Part shown: positions 1 to 8,283 of the stretch, in pieces
How positions within the stretch are numbered: position 1 is the stretch's first letter
Layout of the letters: every line of letters begins with the position of its first letter
DNA from: Candidatus Poribacteria bacterium
GTDB taxonomy: Bacteria; Poribacteria; WGA-4E; PCPOR2b
Assembly: GCA_965198175.1 (NCBI GenBank)
Contig: OZ240245.1
Coordinates: forward strand, 3,520,001-3,584,000
Direction: 5' to 3'
DNA length: 64,000 nucleotides
Notes under the pieces: generated by a model
What the model saw: only the letters and a program-made list of their open reading frames with translations
Told to the model about the DNA's origin: nothing
The model's database searches: none
Made by a program: the position numbers and the translations under genes

Positions 1-564
1 TTTTTGGATCTCCTCTCCAGTGGCGGACTTCGCAGAGTCTCTTTTGATAACAGCCATAATGCCGTCATTGAACTTGAGGGCGAGATCTCTTTGATTCGTA
101 ATCTTGAAAAGAAAGCTAGAATCTGACTCCGACATTTGGTGCGTATAGGGCATTATGATATTCCGAATTTCATCTGAGGCTGAAAGTGAGAGAGTGTGCT
201 CCGCAGCCACTATTTCTAAAATTTTCCCTAGAGGAGTGCCCTTCTGGAAAGCTCTGTCTCTGTTCGTGCTGAAAGATTCAGGTGCTAAGTTCGTGGCGAT
301 TCCCTTGCCCCTAATTGTCAGGATTTGGGGGGGATCAGAAAAGTTTAAAAAATCTACTGAAAAAGTCCCTATATATTCAGGCAAATCTAACCCCAGATAA
401 ACTGATAGAATAGCCCCAGTATTTGGAAATTCCATCGAGTAGGGAAAGGGGATCATCATTGTTAAATTATCTGCTGCGTAGCCTATATTATCTTGAACAA
501 CTATTTTTTGAATTGGAAAATCAAAAGGGTTTCCATTTGCTAGGATTTTGTGAGCTAATCGCAT
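1..564 (-). CDS. Phage late control / tail protein, P2 GpD-like (partial, runs off window start)
   Basis: Not in ORF track. Manual translation from ATG at 564 (AAGGAG RBS upstream) is open to base 1: MRLAHKILANG..QDNIGYAADNLTM..FPNTGAILSVYLG..IGTFSVD..PPQILTIRGK..TPLGKILEIVAAEH..HQMSESDSSFL..KSATGEEI. This is colinear with recalled GpD motifs (DxxGxxAD, PxxGAxLxxxLG, G.F.VD, TLG.I, DQ..ESD..FL, SASG). Confidence 0.8.
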   Translation of the reverse strand, partial: MRLAHKILANGNPFDFPIQKIVVQDNIGYAADNLTMMIPFPYSMEFPNTGAILSVYLGLDLPEYIGTFSVDFLNFSDPPQILTIRGKGIATNLAPESFSTNRDRAFQKGTPLGKILEIVAAEHTLSLSASDEIRNIIMPYTHQMSESDSSFLFKITNQRDLALKFNDGIMAVIKRDSAKSATGEEIQK

Positions 565-693
565 GTTTTAAATCTCCTTGTTTTTACTTCTATTATTAAG
601 CCGCCCTTCCCTTTGGTTGGGCGTCTCTTAAAACTAATGATCAGGTCCTTAAATACTTAATACTTAAAAACCCCTCCCCTTGTGAACATTTGG

Positions 694-1809
694 CTAAGGT
701 AACATTTTTAGAATTTTGCTAGTGTGTTGACGTGAGATCCCTGAGTGTTTTGAGATGTTTTTAATGTTCGGTTTTATGTTCAATTCCTCACAGAGACAGA
801 TCGCCCACTGAATCTTTTCGATGTTGTTTTCACGTCTTTTTAAGGCTGAAAGAGATTGTCGATCCCGTTGTATCTCTGAGAAGTTATCTTTGTAGGTTCC
901 CTGAGTATCATTCCATGCCTTGTTGAGAGTCAAAAGTTTGTATCTTTTAGATTTTTTAAACCAAGTTGATTTGCTTTTCCTGAGTATTTGATTAGCTATC
1001 GAAAAGGCGATGTTCTTGTCAGTTTTAAAACTTTCAGATTTCAAGTAGAAAAAAGCCTTGAGACAAATAGAAAAATCAACAGATGATAAAGCTTTATCCT
1101 CTCCTTGTGATTTTCCATCCATGAGTTTTGTAAACTTATCTCCTCTCTCATTATAGAGATATTTCAAGGTCTTTTTTACTTCTGTGGAGTCTACGTCAAG
1201 GAATTGAAGATCTGTCTCAGAGGTCTCAGGGAAGGTCTTATTTTGAGGGCAATCTTTCTCAGGTAAGGTCTCAGGTATTGGAAATGAATCACAGAAAGGG
1301 TTCAAATAGATATTTTCATCTAAAGAAAAATAACACAGTTGGGAAAGGGCAGATGCTGCGTCAACTTGACTCTCAGGAAAAATCTCTTTAGATAGTAATT
1401 TATAAACCCCTGAATGATTCTCTTTTGTTGTTGGTTTGTCAATTTTGCAAAATACCTTAACGCCATCTCCTCTGAGGGATTTCTCCGCTGCAAATACAAA
1501 GGAGATTCTTGATGCTTTTTCCTTGAAGGTATCAACACGATCACCTAGCCGATCGACATCTAAACAAACCAATCTGGAGTGTCTTTTTAACCCTCTATTA
1601 TTTCTTGGATCAAAAACACCTGAAGTAGTAAAAAGAGGGATCAACCCCTCTCTTTGTTTCTTATATTCGTCGAGAGGCAAATCTCTTATTTTCTTTATAT
1701 CGTTTTTGATTTCTATGGGGAAGTTTTGGCTGAGTATCTTGTCAATGGGTAGTTCATCTGACGGGCGGGTTGTTTTTACGTTTTCAAATCTTGAAACGAT
1801 CGGAAACAT
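694..1809 (-). CDS. VirE N-terminal/BT4734-like primase-polymerase (Rep) with C-terminal HTH
   Basis: Motifs FTTSGVF..RN, HSRLVCLDVD and SLRGDGVKVF are typical of BT4734/VirE-N. C-terminal NIKNISKHSGISRQHTSKIL is HTH-like. Confidence 0.75.
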   Translation of the reverse strand: MFPIVSRFENVKTTRPSDELPIDKILSQNFPIEIKNDIKKIRDLPLDEYKKQREGLIPLFTTSGVFDPRNNRGLKRHSRLVCLDVDRLGDRVDTFKEKASRISFVFAAEKSLRGDGVKVFCKIDKPTTKENHSGVYKLLSKEIFPESQVDAASALSQLCYFSLDENIYLNPFCDSFPIPETLPEKDCPQNKTFPETSETDLQFLDVDSTEVKKTLKYLYNERGDKFTKLMDGKSQGEDKALSSVDFSICLKAFFYLKSESFKTDKNIAFSIANQILRKSKSTWFKKSKRYKLLTLNKAWNDTQGTYKDNFSEIQRDRQSLSALKRRENNIEKIQWAICLCEELNIKPNIKNISKHSGISRQHTSKILKMLP

Positions 1810-2017
1810 TGGACTCTCTCTCTCTGAATCCCCGAAGTTTTAAAAAATAGGAGAGGAGAGGGGCATCTCAAACCCCTCTCAACCCTTGAGATGTTCTGAG
1901 AGGATTCAATGTTACTAAAATAATAAGCGTTTCCGATGGTTATGTAATCTTTTTATGCCTAAGAATCGCTCAGGGTGCTTTCGTTTAGTCTCTTGAGTAT
2001 CAAAACCCATTTGATAT

Positions 2018-2187
2018 GAACTATCGCACCTGTGGCGAATTTGGACGCTTGGATCACCTCCTCAGTGTTATGTACGTTTGATAGAGAAAATCTCAGAGTA
2101 TTCAGTTTATCGTAAATCTCCTATGCCTTACGCTTCCTCTCTCACAGCCCCATGAATAGCCCAAAATTGCCTCAGGTGCGATAGTTC
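2018..2187. repeat. 15-bp perfect inverted repeat GAACTATCGCACCTG (2018-2032) / CAGGTGCGATAGTTC (2173-2187)
   Basis: Read directly; imperfect similarity extends on both sides of the core. Confidence 0.85.
2154..2187. repeat. 34-bp direct repeat, copy 1 (copy 2 at 3348-3381)
   Basis: gaatagcccaaaattgcctcaggtgcgatagttc vs gaatagcccaaattccaatcaggtgcgatagttc, 29/34 identical. Confidence 0.85.
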
Positions 2188-2234
2188 CCTATGGGTTGAT
2201 TTCTATCGCTTGGAATTGAAATTTGAGAGGAAAT

Positions 2235-2266
2235 AAAAAAGGCGAGGGTTATTAGCCCCCGCCTCT
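2235..2266 (-). terminator. Rho-independent terminator downstream of 2309-3028
   Basis: Minus strand aggcgggggctaataaccctcgcc followed by T6. Confidence 0.65.
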
Positions 2267-2308
2267 TTCTAGTTAATGCTATGAACCTATCGGGTTTGCT
2301 GAACAGAA

Positions 2309-3028
2309 CTAATCAAACCTAGCGTATATTTGAATGAGGTCATCGCCGACAGGATCCCAGTGCTGCAGGTAATGAGGACGTATTGTTCCTCCATCCAAAA
2401 AATCAAATCCGAATACACAGGACTCAACTTTTGTTAAATTTCGCAGATTCCGCTTAGCAAACTCATGCCAATCTTTGATGTCGTCTACCTTTTTGTTCAT
2501 GTGATGAATGTCATTCCTGTAACTTCTATAGATAGCCTTAGACGCAGTAACTGATTCATCGTTGAGTAGGTTTCTCTGCCTAAGTTTGTCGATAGTGTCT
2601 GTCAGGTCTTCTTCCGAACCCCGTGCAATGTTATTGCGTTCTACCACAAATTTGATAAGGGCTTCATTGAGGGGGTGAGTCATCATGGTACACGCTATAA
2701 AATTGCCAGATCGATAGGTTTCAATACACTCGGCAGATGCCTTAGAGAAGTGCTGTGCACCGATTATAGGGTGCTGTTTAATCTCGAAATAAAGTTCAAG
2801 TCTCCATGTAAGTAGCTCATCAGAAACTGATTGCAAATAGGGGTTGTACATGATTGATGCTGCAATCTCGAATCGCTTCTCTGGTGGCATGTTCTTATAG
2901 TATTCATCAAGATCTTCATGTGTCGCCAACACCTCCCGTGCAGTTTGCAACACGTTGATACTGGACTCCTGTGGGATTGAATCAAAGTCTGAGTCTGAGG
3001 TTTGGGATTGTTCTTCAGTTTCACTCAT
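2309..3028 (-). CDS. Hypothetical protein, HEPN/DUF4145-like
   Basis: 239 aa. ECIETYRSGNFIACTMM..LNEALIK helix plus R-x4-H motif (YRNDIHH). AGGAGA RBS. Confidence 0.55.
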   Translation of the reverse strand: MSETEEQSQTSDSDFDSIPQESSINVLQTAREVLATHEDLDEYYKNMPPEKRFEIAASIMYNPYLQSVSDELLTWRLELYFEIKQHPIIGAQHFSKASAECIETYRSGNFIACTMMTHPLNEALIKFVVERNNIARGSEEDLTDTIDKLRQRNLLNDESVTASKAIYRSYRNDIHHMNKKVDDIKDWHEFAKRNLRNLTKVESCVFGFDFLDGGTIRPHYLQHWDPVGDDLIQIYARFD

Positions 3029-3078
3029 TGACTTTATCTCCTGCGTATTTGGACGCCTCTAGATTTGTCTAAATTATA
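3009..3078 (-). promoter_or_regulatory. Shared promoter/leader/RBS/N-terminal module, copy 1
   Basis: Minus strand TATAAT..gcgtccaaatacgcAGGAGA..ATG AGT GAA ACT GAA GAA CA. 3037-3078 is 38/42 identical to 4943-4984. Confidence 0.8.
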
Positions 3079-3347
3079 TCCCGAATTGCCCCCAGAGACA
3101 ACCCTTCACAAGATAGAATTAGAGAATTGCGCAAAATTTGAGGTAACTTTCAAATTTGATGTACAGCATGTCTGGTTTGGGTTCAAGTGACAATCTCACC
3201 GATAAACTTGCTGCCCGCCTTTTTATTTCTACTCCAAAGCATACATTGAGCAACTCCGCACGGTCACCCCCGCTTCGCCCACAGTTAGCACAGGTGCGTT
3301 AGTTATGTCTCATTGGATATACTCTCATTTCTCCCTAATATTGCCGA

Positions 3348-3381
3348 GAATAGCCCAAATTCCAATCAGGTGCGATAGTTC
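3348..3381. repeat. 34-bp direct repeat, copy 2
   Basis: See 2154-2187. A further variant core caggtgcgttagtt lies at 3291-3304. Confidence 0.85.
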
Positions 3382-3535
3382 AGTAAAAGGTTTAGCACCT
3401 GCGGACAATGGTTCAACTAAAAGGTAAGAAATAGCCTAATTGAATTACGGTCAATGAACTAGCAAACATAGTCACATGAGTAGCACAAGAAAGAGCCCAT
3501 GGACTGCCCCAATGAATGTCATGTAGTCCGTTGAG

Positions 3536-4399
3536 TTATATACTCTTACCTTCATGATTTTCGATGACCTTCATGGTTGGTAGTAATTCTAAAGTAAGCA
3601 AATTAGCCCAATGTATAGCGTAAATCGTAGGTTTTAAATCTAGCAATTCAAAAGCATCCTTTATGGTTAAACCAAATTCTTTACATTGGTCTCGGGATAA
3701 CCGTCGTTCGTGCACTTTCATTTTGGATGGGTCTGTTAGTATGTTCGCTATTTTGCGCGCCTCGTCTTCCTTACCTTTCAGCATGTTGTTTTTCAAAGAT
3801 TCTGTTACTATTTCTCTAGCCCATTCAATTGCTTTTTCAGATTTGTAAATGTCGCCAGGCTGATATTTTTTGAGGATATGCTTCCATGCAAATCTAGCAT
3901 TTGGACCCAAGGTAATATCATTCTTCGCTTGGTTAAATTCCTCAATAATGCCGTAGGCGGGTACTGAAACACCATCAATATACATTTGAGGATCTACAGG
4001 ACCTAAACTAGACTGGCTACCCATGATAATCTCTTTACATGCACACACAATCATTGTGCCTGCTGACATGGCATAATGCATTACAAACGCTCGAATGTCC
4101 TTACCATATATTTGTCGAAGAAAACTGATAATAGATTCAGCAGTGGAAATACTTCCTCCACTTGTATGTAGAAATAAATCTAGTCCATCGCCATGAGCCA
4201 GACCTCGCGTTAATGTCATAAATGCGCTTATGTCTTTTTCATTTATGCCACTGGCTGAATAATAGGTGACGACGTTGCGCCCTGTTAGTTCATGGAGTTT
4301 TTTAAGATATTTGTTCCGAAGCTGTTTGCATGCTTCATCATCCGATATAGAGCGAGGTATTTTATCAAACTCGTCCTGAATTTCAATCCAATCTGACAT
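3536..4399 (-). CDS. SDH family ClpP-fold serine protease
   Basis: LDLFLHTSGG, AMSAGTMI and SSLGPVDPQ motifs. Confidence 0.85.
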   Translation of the reverse strand: MSDWIEIQDEFDKIPRSISDDEACKQLRNKYLKKLHELTGRNVVTYYSASGINEKDISAFMTLTRGLAHGDGLDLFLHTSGGSISTAESIISFLRQIYGKDIRAFVMHYAMSAGTMIVCACKEIIMGSQSSLGPVDPQMYIDGVSVPAYGIIEEFNQAKNDITLGPNARFAWKHILKKYQPGDIYKSEKAIEWAREIVTESLKNNMLKGKEDEARKIANILTDPSKMKVHERRLSRDQCKEFGLTIKDAFELLDLKPTIYAIHWANLLTLELLPTMKVIENHEGKSI

Positions 4400-4445
4400 T
4401 GAGTTTTATCCTTAGTTGATATTTTAATTGCAGAGTGTTATTCTT

Positions 4446-4934
4446 TCACATCCTACCAATGATGCCTGGTAGTGACGTTACCCCAATCGCGACGCATAGG
4501 AGGCAAAACATCATTATTCCTGCTATCACTAGATAAATCACGAACATTACAGTGAATAGGGCTTGGGAGTTCCATGTGATGTTGTTTCGTTCTCTATAAT
4601 ATTTCAAATGCGAGTCAAATTGTAAAATTTCCTCTAACTTGCGAATCCTACAAAAACGAATGTGTAATTTTTGCATATAGATGTGGGACGACAAATACCA
4701 GAATGTCATCAATACCATACCTCCAATCGGATACAACAATTTGTATTTTCCCGATAAGGTCAATGCAACAATCGATAACGGAAGTAAAATAGATGTTAAT
4801 CGCGAGCGCATTTGGTCGTCATGCCTCCAACAGAGACCTAGTTCCTTGTATTCCTCCAAATATAATTGCTTTTCCTTTTCCGTCATTGGCTCACTACTAT
4901 TTTTTCCGTTGGGCTGTTCTTCAGATTGACTAAT
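4446..4934 (-). CDS. Small multi-TM membrane protein (ORF track start 4886; possible ATT start at 4934)
   Basis: About three hydrophobic segments. In-frame ATT at 4934 sits 8 nt after AGGAGA and aligns with the ATG of the 3028 gene. Confidence 0.6.
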   Translation of the reverse strand: MSQSEEQPNGKNSSEPMTEKEKQLYLEEYKELGLCWRHDDQMRSRLTSILLPLSIVALTLSGKYKLLYPIGGMVLMTFWYLSSHIYMQKLHIRFCRIRKLEEILQFDSHLKYYRERNNITWNSQALFTVMFVIYLVIAGIMMFCLLCVAIGVTSLPGIIGRM

Positions 4935-4984
4935 TGTCTTTTTCTCCTGCGTATTAGGACGCCTCCAGATTTGACTACATTATA
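4915..4984 (-). promoter_or_regulatory. Shared promoter/leader/RBS/N-terminal module, copy 2
   Basis: Minus strand TGgTATAAT..gcgtcctaatacgcAGGAGA..ATT AGT CAA TCT GAA GAA CA. Confidence 0.8.
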
Positions 4985-5194
4985 CCATATTTCCCCCGTA
5001 TATTCACCGAGAAGGACGGGCTTTATTGCTAAGGCGAGAACTTACAAATGTGGCAGGCAAACTTCAATCGGCAATTAGTCAACCATTAAGATCCACCCAC
5101 AGCATATCATCTGGTATTGCACAGTAGAAATTCACACATTAGTTCGCAATAGCAACCGTTTTGTTTGATAATATAAACCTCACTGTGATACAAT

Positions 5195-5677
5195 ATGGGC
5201 ATAATGAAGCACGAACGAGTTTCAATATTTAGCGTCAGCGCTAAAGAAACTGTGCGTTTATTGACAATCTTTGTTGGCATAACGACAGTTTACGCTATTG
5301 TTGTGATTTGTTACGCACTAATCGAACAGCCTTTCACATTAGAGACTGTATTTTCCATTACTTCACAAGTTTCACATGTTGTCCCTGTAGCCATTGTAAT
5401 TACACTATTCGTCGATTTAGGAGGTTATTATATGTCACTCCTGGGAAACTGGCGTAATCGAGAAATTATAGCTGAGGCTGAAGCAAGAGTTAATGACGAG
5501 TGGACAGAGTGGAATAAACAGAGAGTTGAAACCGAAGCTAAAGGGGAGATATTTAGCGAACCACATCCTGGCGGTGGGCGTGTCATGCATAGATCTAGTA
5601 AAAGCGGATCTACTCATGTGCACACGTCGGGAGGACGTAATGACGCTAAATCTACACATTCACATAAAGCTGGTTAA
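5195..5677 (+). CDS. Hypothetical membrane protein (2 TM)
   Basis: Two hydrophobic stretches then a charged tail; followed by a terminator. Confidence 0.6.
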   Translation: MGIMKHERVSIFSVSAKETVRLLTIFVGITTVYAIVVICYALIEQPFTLETVFSITSQVSHVVPVAIVITLFVDLGGYYMSLLGNWRNREIIAEAEARVNDEWTEWNKQRVETEAKGEIFSEPHPGGGRVMHRSSKSGSTHVHTSGGRNDAKSTHSHKAG

Positions 5678-5703
5678 TCCTTTTTGCATCACCTCAAACC
5701 TTC

Positions 5704-5734
5704 AGCCGTTGGAATTTACCCAACGGCTTTTTTT
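5704..5734 (+). terminator. Rho-independent terminator
   Basis: agccgttgg-loop-ccaacggct followed by a T-run. Confidence 0.8.
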
Positions 5735-6058
5735 GCCTAAGCAAATCACCCCAACAAACACAGTAATTCGATGCGATCTTCTCAAAACCCCAGTAAAAGA
5801 GAATAGATTGTCTAAGGAACACTTTTCCAAAGGGAGATAAGGAAAGATATGCGTTAGAGTTAAACCTAGCTCCTATAAAATGGCAATAGAATTGAAAGCT
5901 GTGTCACAATTATGAGCAGCGAAAACGAACAAGATGTTATAGACGCTTTTAATCACATAACCAACTTAATCCCATCAGGTTCAAAGACGGGCAACGAATT
6001 AAAGCATTGACAAACAATCGCCAGACAGAAATGACGGGAAATCACGGCTTACTTTTCA

Positions 6059-6428
6059 TCACTGAGCGGGACTGCAGCGTTTGCAAGCTGTGTATCCATC
6101 CTGTATCGCAGCACTCAATGAAATTCGACGTTTGCTTTTCTTCAACGAGTGACAATCTGCCCGATGATATTTCTTGCCTGTGTGCGTAACGTAGACTGTC
6201 TGATTTGAAATCAGCTTCACAGGCTTTGCCTTCCGTACTGCCGAAAAATTACCTCCGTCATCATCTTTATCAGTTCTGAAATCTGCCCAAATGGGACGGT
6301 GATCGCTTACTGCGAGAGAAGCCGCTTTATCGTTATTTCGGAAATCTGTTTCATCAAATCGGTCAATCCCACTCTTGCCCGTGTATTCGGTTACATGAAT
6401 GGACTGAAAAAAGATATTGTCATATAAG
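6059..6428 (-). pseudogene. C-terminal fragment of an endonuclease/exonuclease/phosphatase protein with a Cys/His metal-binding tail
   Basis: YDNIFF..SDHRPIWADF (EEP end motif) and VYVTHTGKKYHRADC..GYTACKRC. The 5' end is cut by the IS. Confidence 0.75.
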
Positions 6429-7252
6429 CTAGGTTCTGTTGACATTTCAACGGAGCCAGATAAGCGTGGAGACAAAACTTAGAAATCCGAAATAGCGGAC
6501 AGCCAGCTTCTCGAAACGAGAGAAGATACGACGATACCATTTTATCTTGTTGATAAAACATTCAACCAGGTGTCTCTCTTTGTATAAATGTTTGTCATAT
6601 GTTCTTTGAGCGCCACGATTACGTCGAGGCGGTATCACCGCCGTCGCTCCATTCGCTTCAATAACGTCGATAAAACTGTCCGAATCGTATCCCTTGTCTC
6701 CAATTACATGCTCGCTGTTATAGCCAACTATCAACGCTTCGGCTTCAGCTATGTCGTGTCTCTGACCGGGAGTTAGCTGGAGTCTAAGCGGATTACCTAG
6801 TGCGTCAACTGTGATATGAATTTTTGTGCTAAAGCCGCCCCGAGAGCGTCCTAGCGCTTGGTTTTCAGCACCTCCGTTTTTTTTGAGGCTCCAGCCGCGC
6901 ATGGGTGAGCCCGGCAAATGGTAGTATCAATAATAAGCCACTCCATATCTGGGTCGGCGGTAAAGTAGCAGTGCATCTGTGAGAAGATTCCTTTGTCACA
7001 CCAGTTACTAAACCGCTTGTAAATGGAGTTCCAATTTCCATAGGCAGTTGGCAAGAGTCGCCATTGAGCACCGCTACGAGTCACCCACAGAAGGGCTTCG
7101 ACGAATCGTCGAGTAGCAGTTTCGTTGCGGACATAGATGTTGGAACAGCTTAGAAGAAACGGGTATATCTTTCTCCATTGGTCGTCAGGTAAAGTTATGG
7201 GCATCATTCTTCTATTATGCCAACCTTATAACCAAATGTCAACAGAACCTAG
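6429..7252 (-). mobile_element. IS5-family (IS427 group) insertion sequence
   Basis: 19-bp perfect inverted ends including CTAG (ctaggttctgttgacattt 6429-6447 / aaatgtcaacagaacctag 7234-7252) around a two-ORF transposase. Confidence 0.92.
6447..7207 (-). CDS. IS5-family transposase, ORFA (6851-7207) + ORFB joined by -1 frameshift
   Basis: WRLLP..YGNW.SIYKRF..W, IDTT, GRSRGG.STKIH, GDKGYD and YKERHLVE motifs; A8 run at 6877-6884. Confidence 0.9.
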
Positions 7253-7261
7253 TAAAAGTGT

Positions 7262-7489
7262 CTAATTCACCTTGTGCCGAATTAAACTAATTCTTCCATG
7301 GTCAGGTTTATATTCGCCCAAGACTTTTTTTATGTTTTTCTCAATTTCCTTTACCTTATCCGAGTCTTTGAATGTCTGCACTAAAGATTTACCGTCTGTA
7401 TAATCCCTGTGTACAGTAATTTGGTTATCTCTATGTTCAATAGAGCGAATGGTAGCGTGCAATAGGTTAAGCGGAATCTCAATAGTCAT
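7262..7489 (-). CDS. Small hypothetical protein
   Basis: 75-aa ORF with purine-rich upstream sequence; no recognisable motif. Confidence 0.35.
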   Translation of the reverse strand: MTIEIPLNLLHATIRSIEHRDNQITVHRDYTDGKSLVQTFKDSDKVKEIEKNIKKVLGEYKPDHGRISLIRHKVN

Positions 7490-7692
7490 CCTTCCCGTAG
7501 TAATTTCCTCCTTTTCTTGGTTGTTTCGGATTTGGTGTCAGCTAAATCGCTATTAAGTGTAGCCATATCACCATCGCTGGTAGCAAATCACCCACCCCAG
7601 TTAGGGGGGAAAAGGTCTGCCATTTCATCATAAACAATCCAAGATAAACATTTCAAGAAATAGATGCCTTTGTTTCAAAAACGGCTTTTTAA

Positions 7693-8283
7693 CTATATCC
7701 TAAGCCACACGAGATTAACAGCATTCCCATCATTCGCGTTCAAGGAGATTGAAAGCATTTTCCCGTCCCATTTATAAAGACCGACAAAATTAAAAAATTT
7801 AAAATCGCTGTCTAAGTAAGACCCTATCACATCTCCGTCTGGTTCAACAGTGTAATAAGAGACATAAGTTTGTCCGTCAAGCGTTGTCTTCATTTTGTAT
7901 CCGTCAATGACTAAGCTTCCGCTTACTTGGGGTGGCGTTAGTTTAGTAAGCCCCTCGTCATTGCTCCAGACCTCAATCTCTACAAGCGTGTAGTTTCCCG
8001 ATAGCTCACTATACAGTCTTTCTAAATCCTTATCAATTTCGGGTTCAACTATTGGCGTGTCATGTTCATGCTCAACAAATTTAGGCTGGTGTTCATGACT
8101 GATTAACTCATGAACATGTTCAATAAATTCGTGACTATGTTGATGCTCATGTGTTTCTAGTGGGTGTTTGTGTTCAGCTAATTCATGCTCATGAGGCGCT
8201 TCGTTGTGTTCATGTTCGGTCAGCGGATGCTCATGGCTGCAACCCAAAAAACAAACTAGAAAAATGACAGAAATAAACTTCAT
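7693..8283 (-). CDS. Lipoprotein with HxH His-rich repeats
   Basis: Signal peptide with lipobox FLG-C; nine HxH units; AAGGAG RBS. Confidence 0.75.
   Translation of the reverse strand: MKFISVIFLVCFLGCSHEHPLTEHEHNEAPHEHELAEHKHPLETHEHQHSHEFIEHVHELISHEHQPKFVEHEHDTPIVEPEIDKDLERLYSELSGNYTLVEIEVWSNDEGLTKLTPPQVSGSLVIDGYKMKTTLDGQTYVSYYTVEPDGDVIGSYLDSDFKFFNFVGLYKWDGKMLSISLNANDGNAVNLVWLRI

Noticed and set aside
155..400. 81-aa plus-strand ORF
   Set aside because: Antisense shadow of the GpD-like gene.
2154..4984. CRISPR array or integron attC array
   Set aside because: Only two copies of each repeat, more than 1 kb apart; no cas or intI gene; no clear RYYYAAC/GTTRRRY attC structure.
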